A stretch of 64,000 bases of DNA from an uncultured Rhodospirillaceae bacterium (GTDB lineage: Bacteria; Pseudomonadota; Alphaproteobacteria; Rhodospirillales; Magnetospirillaceae): the NCBI GenBank assembly GCA_964545205.1, contig CAZJFH010000014.1, forward strand, positions 775 to 64,774. Direction: 5' to 3'. The notes below the pieces were generated by a model. It did no database searches, was not told where the DNA came from, and saw only the letters and a program-made list of their open reading frames with translations. Below are positions 20,745 to 29,894 of this stretch, piece after piece. The stretch's first letter is position 1, and every line of letters starts with the position of its first letter. Both the position numbers and the translations under genes were made by a program.

Positions 20745-21590
20745 CTAGGCCCCCCGCACCACCTGCCGCTGCACCCCCAGGCCCTCGACGCTCAAGGCCA
20801 CTTGCTGGCCGTCGCGCAGATAGCGCGGCTCGGGGCGGAAGCCCATGCCGACGCCGGCCGGCGTGCCGGTGGTGATGACGTCGCCGGGCAGCAGCGTCAT
20901 GCAGCGCGAGACGTAGGCGACGAGTTCGGCGACCCCGAACACCATGTCGGCGGTGGTGCCGTTCTGGCGGCGCTCGCCGTCGACCTCGCACCACAGGCGC
21001 AGCGCCTGCGGATCGGGCACCTCGTCGGCGGTGACCAGCCACGGGCCCAGCGGGCCGAAGCCGTCGAAGCTCTTGCCCTTGTCCCACTGGCCGCCGCGTT
21101 CGAGCTGCCATTCGCGCTCGGAGACGTCGTTCATCACCGCATAGCCGGCGACATGGGCGAGGGCGTCGGCGGCGGCGACCGAGCGCGCCGGCGTGCCGAT
21201 GACCACCGCCAGTTCGACCTCGTAATCGAGCTTCGCGGCGCCGTCGGGGCGCGGGATGGCGTCGTCGGGTCCGCACAGGCAGGACGTCGCCTTCATGAAG
21301 ATCACCGGCTCCGTGGGCAGCGGCATGCCCGCTTCGGCGGCGTGGTCGCGGTAGTTCAGGCCGATGCCGACGATCTTGCCGATGCCGGCGACCGGCGGGC
21401 CCAGGCGCGGATCGCCGGCGACCGTCGGCAGGTCGTCGCCGGCGAAGTTGCGGATATGGGCCAGGCCCTGCGGCGTCAACCACTCCGGGGTCAGGTCGGG
21501 GACCACTTCCGAGAGGTCGCGGATGACGCCCCGGGCGTCGAGCAGGCCGGGCCTTTCTTGGCCGGGCGGGCCGTAGCGCAGCAGTTTCAT
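20745..21590 (-). CDS. fumarylacetoacetate hydrolase (FAH) family protein
   Basis: MKLLRYGPPGQERPGLLD... and the C-terminal ...GDVITTGTPAGVG... are typical of the FAH fold. Confidence 0.85.
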   Translation of the reverse strand: MKLLRYGPPGQERPGLLDARGVIRDLSEVVPDLTPEWLTPQGLAHIRNFAGDDLPTVAGDPRLGPPVAGIGKIVGIGLNYRDHAAEAGMPLPTEPVIFMKATSCLCGPDDAIPRPDGAAKLDYEVELAVVIGTPARSVAAADALAHVAGYAVMNDVSEREWQLERGGQWDKGKSFDGFGPLGPWLVTADEVPDPQALRLWCEVDGERRQNGTTADMVFGVAELVAYVSRCMTLLPGDVITTGTPAGVGMGFRPEPRYLRDGQQVALSVEGLGVQRQVVRGA

Positions 21591-21700
21591 GGACCGGACT
21601 CCGGGTGGTTTGCCGACGCCGCACGTCATAGCACGGCGACGGCGCCGGAAACACTGCCCAGGCGTCGGACGTTGACCCAGGAGAGCGATAGGAGGACGCG

Positions 21701-21937
21701 ATGATCCGCACCACCATCATGGTCGCCGCCGCGACGGCGGCGCTTGCCGGCTGCGGCGGCTCTCCCGACGAGATTTCGGGCGGCGAACTGGTGCCGCTGT
21801 CGGCGACGCCGACCTACGAGGCCGGCATGAACGTGCCCTACGCGCGCGACGTCGGCGCGCCGCAGAACACCGAGGTGCTCGGGGACGGTCTCGGCTTCGA
21901 CGTCGGCCAGGATTATCCCGAGCCCGAAAACCCGTGA
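21701..21937 (+). CDS. small lipoprotein
   Basis: Signal peptide with the lipobox LAGC. An AGGAGG RBS lies upstream. Confidence 0.6.
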   Translation: MIRTTIMVAAATAALAGCGGSPDEISGGELVPLSATPTYEAGMNVPYARDVGAPQNTEVLGDGLGFDVGQDYPEPENP

Positions 21938-21950
21938 CGGGAGGAACGAC

Positions 21951-22865
21951 ATGCGCATGTTCGCGATGACCGCGATCGCCCTGGTGCTGGCCGCGCCGGC
22001 GGCGCTCGCCCAGGACCGACCGCCCACCGAGGCTCCGGCGGCGGCGGCCGAACTGCCCTCGCCGGTGCGTCTGGTCGCCGCCGACGCGGTGGTCGGCAAG
22101 CCGGTGCGCGCCAGCGGCGGCGAGTCCGCCGGCACGGCGGCCTATCTCACCGTCGACTCCGAGACCGGCGCCATCCAGCACCTGCTGGTCGACGCCGCCG
22201 GCGGCGAGGGCATGATCGCCGTGCCGTGGTCGGCGGTTCGCGCCGAGAACGGCGGCGATCTGACCGTGAGCGTGCCGCGCGAGCGGATCGAAGGCGCGCC
22301 GCGCGTGCCCGAGTCGCGGCTGGCCGAGCTCACCCAGCCGAAGCTGCGGACCGAGGTCTGGCGCTACTATGCCCAGCCGCCGGCGGTGCGCGCCGACGAG
22401 CGGCGCTCCGAATCGGTGGTCGAGCCGCGGACGCCCGATACCGCCCGCGCCGCCGAACCGGCCCCGATGGCCAGGGAACAGGTCGGCGACGGCGGTCCCT
22501 TCATCTTGCTCGGCCGCCAGCTCGTGCGCACCGTCGCGCCGCCGTCGGTGACGACGGCCACCGATCTCGAAGGCAAGGAGGTCGAGGCCGAGGACGAGGC
22601 GCTGGGCGACATCGCCACGGTGATGCTCGACGCCGAGGCCGGCCGCGTCGCCTATGTCGTCATCGAGCGCCCGGGCGGCGGCAAGGCGCGGGTGCCGTTC
22701 GAGACCCTGCGCTGGGACCGGGACGGCGGCTTCGCGCTGGAGATCGCCGGCAAGCGCCCGGACCGGCTGCCCGAGATCGCCGAGGCCGAGGTCGCCGATC
22801 CGCTCGACCCGGCGGGAATGGCGAATCTGTACCGCGATTTCGGAGTTGCGCCGTATTGGCGGTGA
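21951..22865 (+). CDS. secreted protein with two PRC-barrel domains
   Basis: A signal peptide and two copies of the pattern ...G.I..L.VD...G....V.VP..., ending in YRDFGVAPYWR. Confidence 0.65.
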   Translation: MRMFAMTAIALVLAAPAALAQDRPPTEAPAAAAELPSPVRLVAADAVVGKPVRASGGESAGTAAYLTVDSETGAIQHLLVDAAGGEGMIAVPWSAVRAENGGDLTVSVPRERIEGAPRVPESRLAELTQPKLRTEVWRYYAQPPAVRADERRSESVVEPRTPDTARAAEPAPMAREQVGDGGPFILLGRQLVRTVAPPSVTTATDLEGKEVEAEDEALGDIATVMLDAEAGRVAYVVIERPGGGKARVPFETLRWDRDGGFALEIAGKRPDRLPEIAEAEVADPLDPAGMANLYRDFGVAPYWR

Positions 22866-22918
22866 TCCGAGGGCCGGCGACACTGGACGGCCGCCCGCCG
22901 GGCGGCCATATCCAGGCC

Positions 22919-23413
22919 ATGCTGCCGTTCGACATCACCATCTGCGCCGCCGCCGACGTGCACTGCACGGCGGCCGGCCACAGCCACGCCGTCTCGATCA
23001 TGGATCCCGGCCACCGGGTGCCGTTTCCCGAATGCGTCGGGGATTCCGACATCCTGCGTCTGAACTTCCACGATCTCGACGGGCCGGTCCCGACCAGCCA
23101 TCCGACGGTGGCGCGGCTGGCGCGCGAGGGCAAGGCGATCGTCCTGCCCGACGCGGGCCACGTCCGCGCCATCCTCGATTTCGGCCGCCGCCTCGACCGG
23201 GGCGACCGCGTGCTGATCCACTGCATGGCGGGGATCTCGCGCTCGACCGCCGCCGCCTGGATCATCGGCTGCCAGGCGGCGCCGGGCCGCGAGCGGCAGA
23301 TGCTCGACCACATCCGCCGCATCCGGCCGCAGGCTCTGCCGAACCGGCTGATGGTGCGCATCGCCGACGAGATGCTGGGCCTCGGCGGCCGTCTGACCGA
23401 CCTCAGGAAGTAA
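22919..23413 (+). CDS. cysteine-dependent phosphatase-like protein (predicted protein tyrosine/dual-specificity phosphatase fold)
   Basis: The P-loop HCMAGISRS matches HCxxGxxR(S/T). The protein is small (164 aa) and single-domain. Confidence 0.65.
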   Translation: MLPFDITICAAADVHCTAAGHSHAVSIMDPGHRVPFPECVGDSDILRLNFHDLDGPVPTSHPTVARLAREGKAIVLPDAGHVRAILDFGRRLDRGDRVLIHCMAGISRSTAAAWIIGCQAAPGRERQMLDHIRRIRPQALPNRLMVRIADEMLGLGGRLTDLRK

Positions 23414-23464
23414 TCCCGGCGGCGAAGCGGCGAACCATTCGGCATCGCCGGCCGTTGTTCGGGC

Positions 23465-24562
23465 ATGATCGACTTGACCGCCCGCACCATCGGCGATTTC
23501 GAACCGCTGATCGCCTGGCTCGTCCTGACCGGCGCCGTGCTGCTGCTGTCGATGGCGGCGCACTGGCTGGCGTTCCGCGTCGCATTCCGCATCGTGCGCC
23601 AGACCAAGTCGCGCCTCGACGAGTTCGTCGTCGAGCGCGCGTGGCGGCCGGCGCGGCTGTTGTTCCTGGTCGTCGCGCTCCTGATCATGCTCCCGACGGG
23701 ACCGCTCGATGGGGCGGTCGCGGTCGAGGCGGCGCGCTGGACCAGCGTGGCGCTGACCTTCGCCGTCGCCTGGCTGCTGATCGCCCTGACCGGCATCATG
23801 GTCGACTGGGCCGCCGACGCCTACGACCTCGCCGCCGCCGACAACGCGCTCGCCAGGCAGGTGCACACGCGGGTGATCATGTTGCGCCGGGTGCTGGTCG
23901 CGGCGATCGGGGTCGTCGCCGTGTGCCTGATGCTGATCACGTTCCCCAGCGTCCGCGAGATCGGCATCTCCCTGTTCGCCTCGGCCGGCGTCGCCGGCCT
24001 GATCGCCGGCATGGCGGCGCGGCCGGCGCTGTCGAACCTGATCGCCGGCATCCAGCTCGCGCTGGCGGCGCCGATCCGGCTCGACGACGTCGTCATCGTC
24101 GAGGGCGAGTGGGGGCTGATCGAGGAGATCACCGCCACCTACGTCGTCGTCCGCATCTGGGACCTGCGGCGGCTGGTGGTGCCGCTGTCCTATTTCATCG
24201 AGAAGCCGTTCCAGAACTGGACGCGCAAGACCTCGGACATCCTCGGCACCGTGACCATCTACCTGGACTACGACGTCCCGGTCGAGGCGATCCGCCAGGA
24301 GCTGTTCCGCATCCTCGACGAGAGCCCGCTGTGGGACCGCAAGGTGTGGAACCTGCAGGTCACCGACTTCAAGGAGCGGGTCGTCGAGCTGCGCTGCCTG
24401 ATGAGCGCCGCCAGCGCCGGCCTGGCCTGGGAGCTGCGCTGCCAGGTGCGCGAGCAGCTTCTCGTCTTCATGCAGCGCCACCATCCCGAGGCGCTGCCCC
24501 GGTTCCGCGCCGAGGTCGAGGGCCTGGCGCCGCCCGCCGAACGGCGGGGGGCCGCCGAGTAG
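23465..24562 (+). CDS. mechanosensitive ion channel (MscS family)
   Basis: Several N-terminal TM helices are followed by the MscS beta-domain motif ...NLIAGIQLALAAPIRLDDVVIVEGEWG.IEEI... Confidence 0.85.
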   Translation: MIDLTARTIGDFEPLIAWLVLTGAVLLLSMAAHWLAFRVAFRIVRQTKSRLDEFVVERAWRPARLLFLVVALLIMLPTGPLDGAVAVEAARWTSVALTFAVAWLLIALTGIMVDWAADAYDLAAADNALARQVHTRVIMLRRVLVAAIGVVAVCLMLITFPSVREIGISLFASAGVAGLIAGMAARPALSNLIAGIQLALAAPIRLDDVVIVEGEWGLIEEITATYVVVRIWDLRRLVVPLSYFIEKPFQNWTRKTSDILGTVTIYLDYDVPVEAIRQELFRILDESPLWDRKVWNLQVTDFKERVVELRCLMSAASAGLAWELRCQVREQLLVFMQRHHPEALPRFRAEVEGLAPPAERRGAAE

Positions 24563-24623
24563 CCGGAACCATCGCCGCCCTCCGTCTGTTGGATCGTCGA
24601 GAAACGCAGACGGGAGGCCGGTG

Positions 24624-25643
24624 ATGGCGAGAAGCTTTCGCGACATGGTGGTCGTGATCACGGGGGCGTCGAGCGGCATCGGCCGCGCTTGCGCCCATGC
24701 CCTGGCGGAGCGGGGCGCGACCCTGGTGCTGGCGGCGCGCAGCCACGACGCGCTGCGCGCGGTGGCCGAGGAGTGCGGCGCCGCGGGCGGCCGCGCGCTG
24801 CCGGTGGTGACCGATGTCGGCGACGAGAATCAGGTCCGCCACCTCGCCGAGCGGGCGCTCGGCACCTACGGCCGCATCGACGTGTGGATCAACGACGCCG
24901 CCGTCACCTTGTTCGGCCGCATCGAGGAGCTGCCGCCCGGCGCCTTCGAGCGGGTCATCCGCACCAACCTGCTCGGCTACGCCTATGGCGCCCGCGCCGC
25001 GATCCCGGCGTTCCGCGAGCAGGGGCAGGGCATCCTGATCAACGTCGCCTCGGTGGTGGCCTGGGTCGGCCAGCCGTTCACCAGCGCCTACGTCGCCAGC
25101 AAATGGGCGATCCGCGGCTTGTCCGAATGCCTGCGCATGGAGCTGATGGACGCGCCCCGCATCCATTGCTGCACGGTGTATCCGCCGTCGATCGACACGC
25201 CGCTGTTCCAGCACGGCGGCAACTATCACGGCCGCGTCGCCCGTCCGATGCCGCCGGTGCATCCGCCGGAAGAGGTCGCCGACGTCGTCCTCGGACTGAT
25301 CGCGAAGCCCCGGCGCGAGGCCTTCGTCGGCGCCGAGTCGCGCATGGCGGCCTTCGGCCACGCCATGGCCTCGGCGGCGATGGAACGGATGATGGCGCGC
25401 AAGGTCGAGCAGGATCATTTCGAGGACCGGCCGGCGCCGCCGAGCGCCGGGAACCTGGTGCGGCCGATGTGGGACGCCGTGCACGGCGGCTGGCGCCAGG
25501 GGGCGCAGCAGCGGCGCGGCGAGGTTTCGACGGCGACCGCGGTGGCCGGCGCGGCGCTGGCGGCGGCGATTCCGATCGGACTGATGGCATGGCGCGAGAT
25601 GCAGCGGCGGGCGCGCACGCCGGCCCGCCACATACGCCATTGA
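24624..25643 (+). CDS. short-chain dehydrogenase/reductase with a C-terminal hydrophobic anchor
   Basis: Motifs TGASSGIG, NDAAV and SAYVASK (YxxxK). The C-terminal AVAGAALAAAIPIGLMAW segment looks like a TM helix. Confidence 0.85.
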   Translation: MARSFRDMVVVITGASSGIGRACAHALAERGATLVLAARSHDALRAVAEECGAAGGRALPVVTDVGDENQVRHLAERALGTYGRIDVWINDAAVTLFGRIEELPPGAFERVIRTNLLGYAYGARAAIPAFREQGQGILINVASVVAWVGQPFTSAYVASKWAIRGLSECLRMELMDAPRIHCCTVYPPSIDTPLFQHGGNYHGRVARPMPPVHPPEEVADVVLGLIAKPRREAFVGAESRMAAFGHAMASAAMERMMARKVEQDHFEDRPAPPSAGNLVRPMWDAVHGGWRQGAQQRRGEVSTATAVAGAALAAAIPIGLMAWREMQRRARTPARHIRH

Positions 25644-26389
25644 CCCTGGAAAGCCGCCGCGCCAACGCCGCCGGCGGGGCCGTCCACTACCTGCTCGCCG
25701 CCGGCGCCGGCGGCGTCCCGGTGGTGCTGGTGCACGGACTGGCCTCGCACCGCTACATGCGCCGCCTGGCCGAAATCCTGTCGGCGACGCACGACGTCTA
25801 CGTGCCCGACCTGCCCGGGCACGGCCTGAGCTGGAAGCCGCCCAGCCATCCCGGCGTCGCCGGGCACGCCGCCCAGCTCGCGGCCTGGATGGACCGCGTG
25901 CGGCTGCGCGGTGCCGTGCTGCTGGGCAATTCGTCGGGCTGCAACGTCATCGCCGAGCTGGCGGTCCGCCGTCCCGACCTGGCGGCGGCGCTGGTGCTGC
26001 AGGGGCTGGTCGACCGGCGGCAGTCAAGGGGCGCGCTGGTGTGGCGCTGGTGGCGCAACGGGCGCCGCGAGCCGTCGATGCTCGAGGTCTCGTCCCGCGA
26101 CTATCGCGACGCCGGCCTGCGCTGGATGCTTCAGGGCATGCGCGAGATGCTGGCCCACCCGCTGGAACGGCGTCTGCCGCTGGTCGGCTGCCCGGCGCTG
26201 GTCGTGCGCGGCACCCGCGATCCACTCGATGGCGGCGACTGGAGCCGCGTCGCGGCCGACCTGCTGCCGCACGGCCGGCTGGTCGAGCTGCCCGGGGTCA
26301 GCCACACGGCGAACCACTTCGCACCGCTGGAGGTCGCCCGTGTCACCGAAGCCTTTCTTGCCGAGCAGACGAATGTCCTCTCCCGCTGA
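25640..26389 (+). CDS. alpha/beta hydrolase (TTG start overlapping the SDR stop)
   Basis: Motifs VVLVHGLASH...LLGNSSGCNV (GxSxG-like nucleophile elbow)...VVRGTRD...SH. There is no in-frame ATG near the domain start. The TTG at 25640 overlaps the TGA of the upstream gene. Confidence 0.65.
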   Translation: MTLESRRANAAGGAVHYLLAAGAGGVPVVLVHGLASHRYMRRLAEILSATHDVYVPDLPGHGLSWKPPSHPGVAGHAAQLAAWMDRVRLRGAVLLGNSSGCNVIAELAVRRPDLAAALVLQGLVDRRQSRGALVWRWWRNGRREPSMLEVSSRDYRDAGLRWMLQGMREMLAHPLERRLPLVGCPALVVRGTRDPLDGGDWSRVAADLLPHGRLVELPGVSHTANHFAPLEVARVTEAFLAEQTNVLSR

Positions 26390-27767
26390 ACTCGCCGATT
26401 TCGACTCCTCCGCCGCGATGGTGCGGGCGTTGTCGCGTTTCCTGCGCGGCCGCGACTTCCCGCGGCTCGGCCAGTCGCGGCTGCTGGTGCCCTTGGCCAA
26501 GCTCAGCAACCGGCTGCCCGGCCGCGGCCGCCGCGCCACCTTCGCCGTCGGCGGCGCGCTGGAATCGATCTCGCCGCGGCGGACGGGATCGGTCTCGGCC
26601 GAGCGGATCGCCGCCTGGACGGCGGCGCAGTATCCACGGCGAAGCTATCCGGTGGTGATGGTCGGCTCGTCCTGCGGCGCCATGGTCCATCTCGGCGCCG
26701 CGCTGGGCGCGCCGTGGCTGCCGCAGACCTTCCTGGTGCCGGTGCGGCTGCCGGGGCCGCGCGACGACATGGTCGCGGCGATGCGCGACGGCATCGCGGC
26801 GGGCGAACGGCTGCTGGAGGCCAATCCCGACCTCGACCTGCACCGCATGCACGACGCCAGCCAGGACCGGCTGATGGTGCGCCACATGGCCTATTTCCGG
26901 GTCAAGCGCCGGCGCCTCGGTGCCGCCTACGAGCGCTTCCTGCGCGAACGGCTGGAGCCCGGCGGCACCATCCTGCTGGTCGACTGCCGCCTGACCTGGC
27001 CGGTGGTGCGGTTGGGTCCGCGCCATGTGTTCCAGCCGGGCGCCGTCGGCGGCGCCACCGAGGCCGAGCATCTCGTCGGCGGCCCGCGGGTGGCCGAATT
27101 CCTGGCGCGCCAGGGCGGCAGGCCCGGCACCTGGCTGGCGCCGCGCCCGAACGACCGGGCTCCCGAGGCCGAGTGGGGCTTCACCGAGGACCTCGCCGAG
27201 GACGTGATGGCCTTCGCCGCGCGGCATGGATTCCGGGTCGCGCGCATCGCCTACGAGCAGCCCGACGATCCCAGCCCGCTGGTCGCCGACCTGTATCGCT
27301 GGTGGTACGCGCGCCGGCGCATCCCGGCGAACCGGCTGCTGGCCGAGTCGTTCATCGTCCTCGATCCCTGGCGCGCGTTGCGGGTCGGGGCGGTGCCGTT
27401 CTGGATGAAGTTCAACATGGCGCCCTCGGCGCAGCGCCTCGAGGACTACGTCGACAGCCGGCCGGACTTCGACGAGATCGACCTGATGCTGTTCGCCAAC
27501 GGCATCGCCGGGGTCGGCTGGGCCTCGCTGGCGCGCTGGCGCGGCATCCTGGCGCGGGCGCGCCGGCGCGGCCGTTTCCTCGGCGTCGACGAGGACGCCT
27601 ATCCGGCCGACTTCGCCAGCTACGCCCGCTACGGCGAGGCCCTGCGCGGCATCCCCGCGCGGTATCCGCTGCCGGGCTATCTGACGCTGGACCAGGTGAT
27701 CGACTTCGGCGAGCGGCGCGCGGGAGACTACGCCGTGCGGATCGATCCGCCGCGCCTGGCGGCGTGA
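26373..27767 (+). CDS. hypothetical protein, 464 aa, no family recognised
   Basis: A long ORF with coding-like composition. Its ATG at 26373 overlaps the preceding hydrolase gene by 17 nt. I could identify no known motifs. Confidence 0.6.
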   Translation: MSSPAELADFDSSAAMVRALSRFLRGRDFPRLGQSRLLVPLAKLSNRLPGRGRRATFAVGGALESISPRRTGSVSAERIAAWTAAQYPRRSYPVVMVGSSCGAMVHLGAALGAPWLPQTFLVPVRLPGPRDDMVAAMRDGIAAGERLLEANPDLDLHRMHDASQDRLMVRHMAYFRVKRRRLGAAYERFLRERLEPGGTILLVDCRLTWPVVRLGPRHVFQPGAVGGATEAEHLVGGPRVAEFLARQGGRPGTWLAPRPNDRAPEAEWGFTEDLAEDVMAFAARHGFRVARIAYEQPDDPSPLVADLYRWWYARRRIPANRLLAESFIVLDPWRALRVGAVPFWMKFNMAPSAQRLEDYVDSRPDFDEIDLMLFANGIAGVGWASLARWRGILARARRRGRFLGVDEDAYPADFASYARYGEALRGIPARYPLPGYLTLDQVIDFGERRAGDYAVRIDPPRLAA

Positions 27768-27777
27768 GGCGCCCGTC

Positions 27778-28290
27778 TCAGGCGGCCAGGAAGTCGTCGA
27801 TGTCGGACTGGCTCATCGTCACCTGCGAGCCGTGGATGATCGCCGAGGCGCAGTCGAGCAGGTGCTGCAGCAGACGCGAGGCGGTCTCGGCCTTGAACGC
27901 GGCGGCGCCGTCGTCTCCTTCGGCGCGGGCGGCGTCGATCTTGGCGACGGCGTTCTGGACGACGACGTTCATCTGCTCGATCGTCTCCTCGAACGGGATC
28001 TTGAACCGCGCCGGCACGTGGTCGTAGGCGGCGATGGCCAGTTCCTTGTCGCGGAAGCCCGACTCGGCGAAGTGCTCCTTGTAGCCCTTCGGCTGCCATT
28101 CGCGGCATTCCTCGACGATGTCGGGCATGTCGGGAATCATGCCGAGCAGCATGATGATCTCGTTGAAATGGTTCAGGTAATCGGTGGCGAGCAGGCTGGC
28201 CGGCGAGATGTTGGTGCCGTCGACCTTGGCCTGCCAGACCGCGAAGTCCCCGTCATCCTCGTCGGTCGCCACCGTCCCCTCGTCCCCCAC
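27778..28290 (-). CDS. hypothetical acidic protein, 170 aa (GTG start abutting the upstream stop)
   Basis: The ORF contains ...LATDYLNHFNEIIMLLGMIPDMPD... Its GTG at 28290 directly follows the TAG (28291-28293) of the enoyl-CoA hydratase gene. Confidence 0.6.
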   Translation of the reverse strand: MGDEGTVATDEDDGDFAVWQAKVDGTNISPASLLATDYLNHFNEIIMLLGMIPDMPDIVEECREWQPKGYKEHFAESGFRDKELAIAAYDHVPARFKIPFEETIEQMNVVVQNAVAKIDAARAEGDDGAAAFKAETASRLLQHLLDCASAIIHGSQVTMSQSDIDDFLAA

Positions 28291-29076
28291 CTAGCAGCCT
28301 TGCCACACGGGCTCGCGCTTGCCCAGGAAGGCGTCGATGCCCTCCTCGGCGTCCCTGGCCAGCATGTTACGCGTCATCACCTCGGACGCAAAGTCATAGG
28401 CCGCGTCGAGGCCCATTTCGAGCTGCCGGTAGAACGCCTCCTTGCCGATCTTCAGCGTCAGCGGCGACTTCTTCGCCACCATGCCGGTCAGCTCGGCGAC
28501 GGCCGCATCCAGGCGCTCGGGGGGCACGGCGTAATTGATCAGCCCGAAGCGCTCGGCCTCGTCGGCGGTGATGGGGCGGCCGGTCAGCAGCATCTCCATC
28601 GCCTGCTTGCGCCCGACCGCCCGCGACAGCGCCACCATCGGCGTCGAGCAAAACAGGCCGATATTGACCCCCGGCGTCGCGAACTTGGCGGTGTCGGCCG
28701 CCACGGCGAGGTCGCAGCTCGCCACGAGCTGGCAGCCGGCCGCCGTCGCCATCGCGTGGACCCGGGCGATCACCGGCTGCGGCAGACGCACGATCGAGGT
28801 CATCACCCGCGAGCACTGGCGGAACAGCGCCTCGTAATTGTCGCGGCCGGGATTGGCGCGCATCTCCTTCAGGTCATGGCCGGCGCAGAAGGCGGGGCCG
28901 TTGGCGGCCAGCACCACCGCGCGCACCGAGGCGTCGCCGGCGGCGGCGTCCAGCGCCTCCTGCAGCGCCGTCATCAGCGCCACCGACAGCGCGTTGCGCG
29001 CCTGCGGCCGGTTCAGGGTCAGCGTGCGGATGCCGTCGGCATCGTTGCGCAGCAGGATGGGCTCGTGGTCGGACAT
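28291..29076 (-). CDS. enoyl-CoA hydratase/isomerase family protein
   Basis: Motifs LTLNRPQARNALS...AFCAGHDLKEM... and the crotonase fold. ATG at 29076. Confidence 0.85.
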   Translation of the reverse strand: MSDHEPILLRNDADGIRTLTLNRPQARNALSVALMTALQEALDAAAGDASVRAVVLAANGPAFCAGHDLKEMRANPGRDNYEALFRQCSRVMTSIVRLPQPVIARVHAMATAAGCQLVASCDLAVAADTAKFATPGVNIGLFCSTPMVALSRAVGRKQAMEMLLTGRPITADEAERFGLINYAVPPERLDAAVAELTGMVAKKSPLTLKIGKEAFYRQLEMGLDAAYDFASEVMTRNMLARDAEEGIDAFLGKREPVWQGC

Positions 29077-29206
29077 TGCCGTCTCCTTGGTTTTCCTCCG
29101 GGCCGAAGTCTGCGCCGGCCGGGCCGATGGCGCAACCCCGGTTCCGTTGACGTAAACGTAAACGCGCGTGTAGGCTCGTCGTCCCTCAGCCCAGCCGGAG
29201 GTCGCG

Positions 29207-29650
29207 ATGGCCAAGATCACCGTTCCCGAATTCCAGGCGCTGATCGACGAGCAACTGCCGGTGGTCGGGTTGTTCGGCATCGTGACCGAGAGCATCGGCC
29301 GCGGCGAGGCGGTGATGCGCATGCATTGCGACGAGCGCTCGATCCGTCCCGGCGGCACCGTCGCCGGGCCGGCGCTGATGGCGCTGGCCGACGTGTGCAT
29401 GTACGCCGTCGTGCTGGGGATGATCGGCCGCATCGAGCTGGCGGTGACCACCAATCTCAGCATCAATTTCCTGCGCAAGCCGCCGATCGCCGACGTGATC
29501 GCCGAGGGACGCATCCTCAAGCTGGGCAAGCGGCTGGCGGTGGGCGAGGTGCTGCTGCGCTCGGCCGAAAGCGACGACCTCGTCGCTCACGTGACCGGGA
29601 CCTACTCGATCCCGCCGACCGGCGACGCCGTCAGGGCGCCTGTACCGTGA
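29207..29650 (+). CDS. PaaI-family (hotdog) thioesterase
   Basis: The motif ...RPGGTVAGPALMALADV...TNLSINFLR...G.VLR is typical of PaaI/YbdB thioesterases. Confidence 0.75.
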   Translation: MAKITVPEFQALIDEQLPVVGLFGIVTESIGRGEAVMRMHCDERSIRPGGTVAGPALMALADVCMYAVVLGMIGRIELAVTTNLSINFLRKPPIADVIAEGRILKLGKRLAVGEVLLRSAESDDLVAHVTGTYSIPPTGDAVRAPVP

Positions 29651-29837
29651 AGCTGTCCGGACTCTCGGCCTGAAGCTGGATCGCCACGGTGCCGTTGGCG
29701 CTGCGGATCAGCAACTCGCAGGCCCAGCTTCCGTCCTCGAGCTGCATCGGCGGCGCCATCTCGATGGCATGGACGCCCTCGACGTCCATGCTGACGCTCT
29801 TGTCGTTGCGGAACGAGATCGAGGCGACGGTGCTCAT
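29631..29837 (-). CDS. small hypothetical protein (68 aa) downstream of the pat-like gene
   Basis: ORF MSTVASISFRNDKSVSMDVEGVHAIEM... with coding-like codon bias, 57 nt downstream of the Pat-like stop. Confidence 0.45.
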   Translation of the reverse strand: MSTVASISFRNDKSVSMDVEGVHAIEMAPPMQLEDGSWACELLIRSANGTVAIQLQAESPDSFTVQAP

Positions 29838-29894
29838 GCGGGCTCTCCCCCCTTCTTTGCTTGGGCACGACGCTGATCCATGCCGGCCGCCGCG

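Noticed and set aside
22652-24679. A 675-aa minus-strand ORF and a 656-aa plus-strand ORF over the phosphatase/MscS region
   Set aside because: They are antisense or out of frame relative to genes with clear MscS and HCxxGxxRS motifs. The composition is artefactual.
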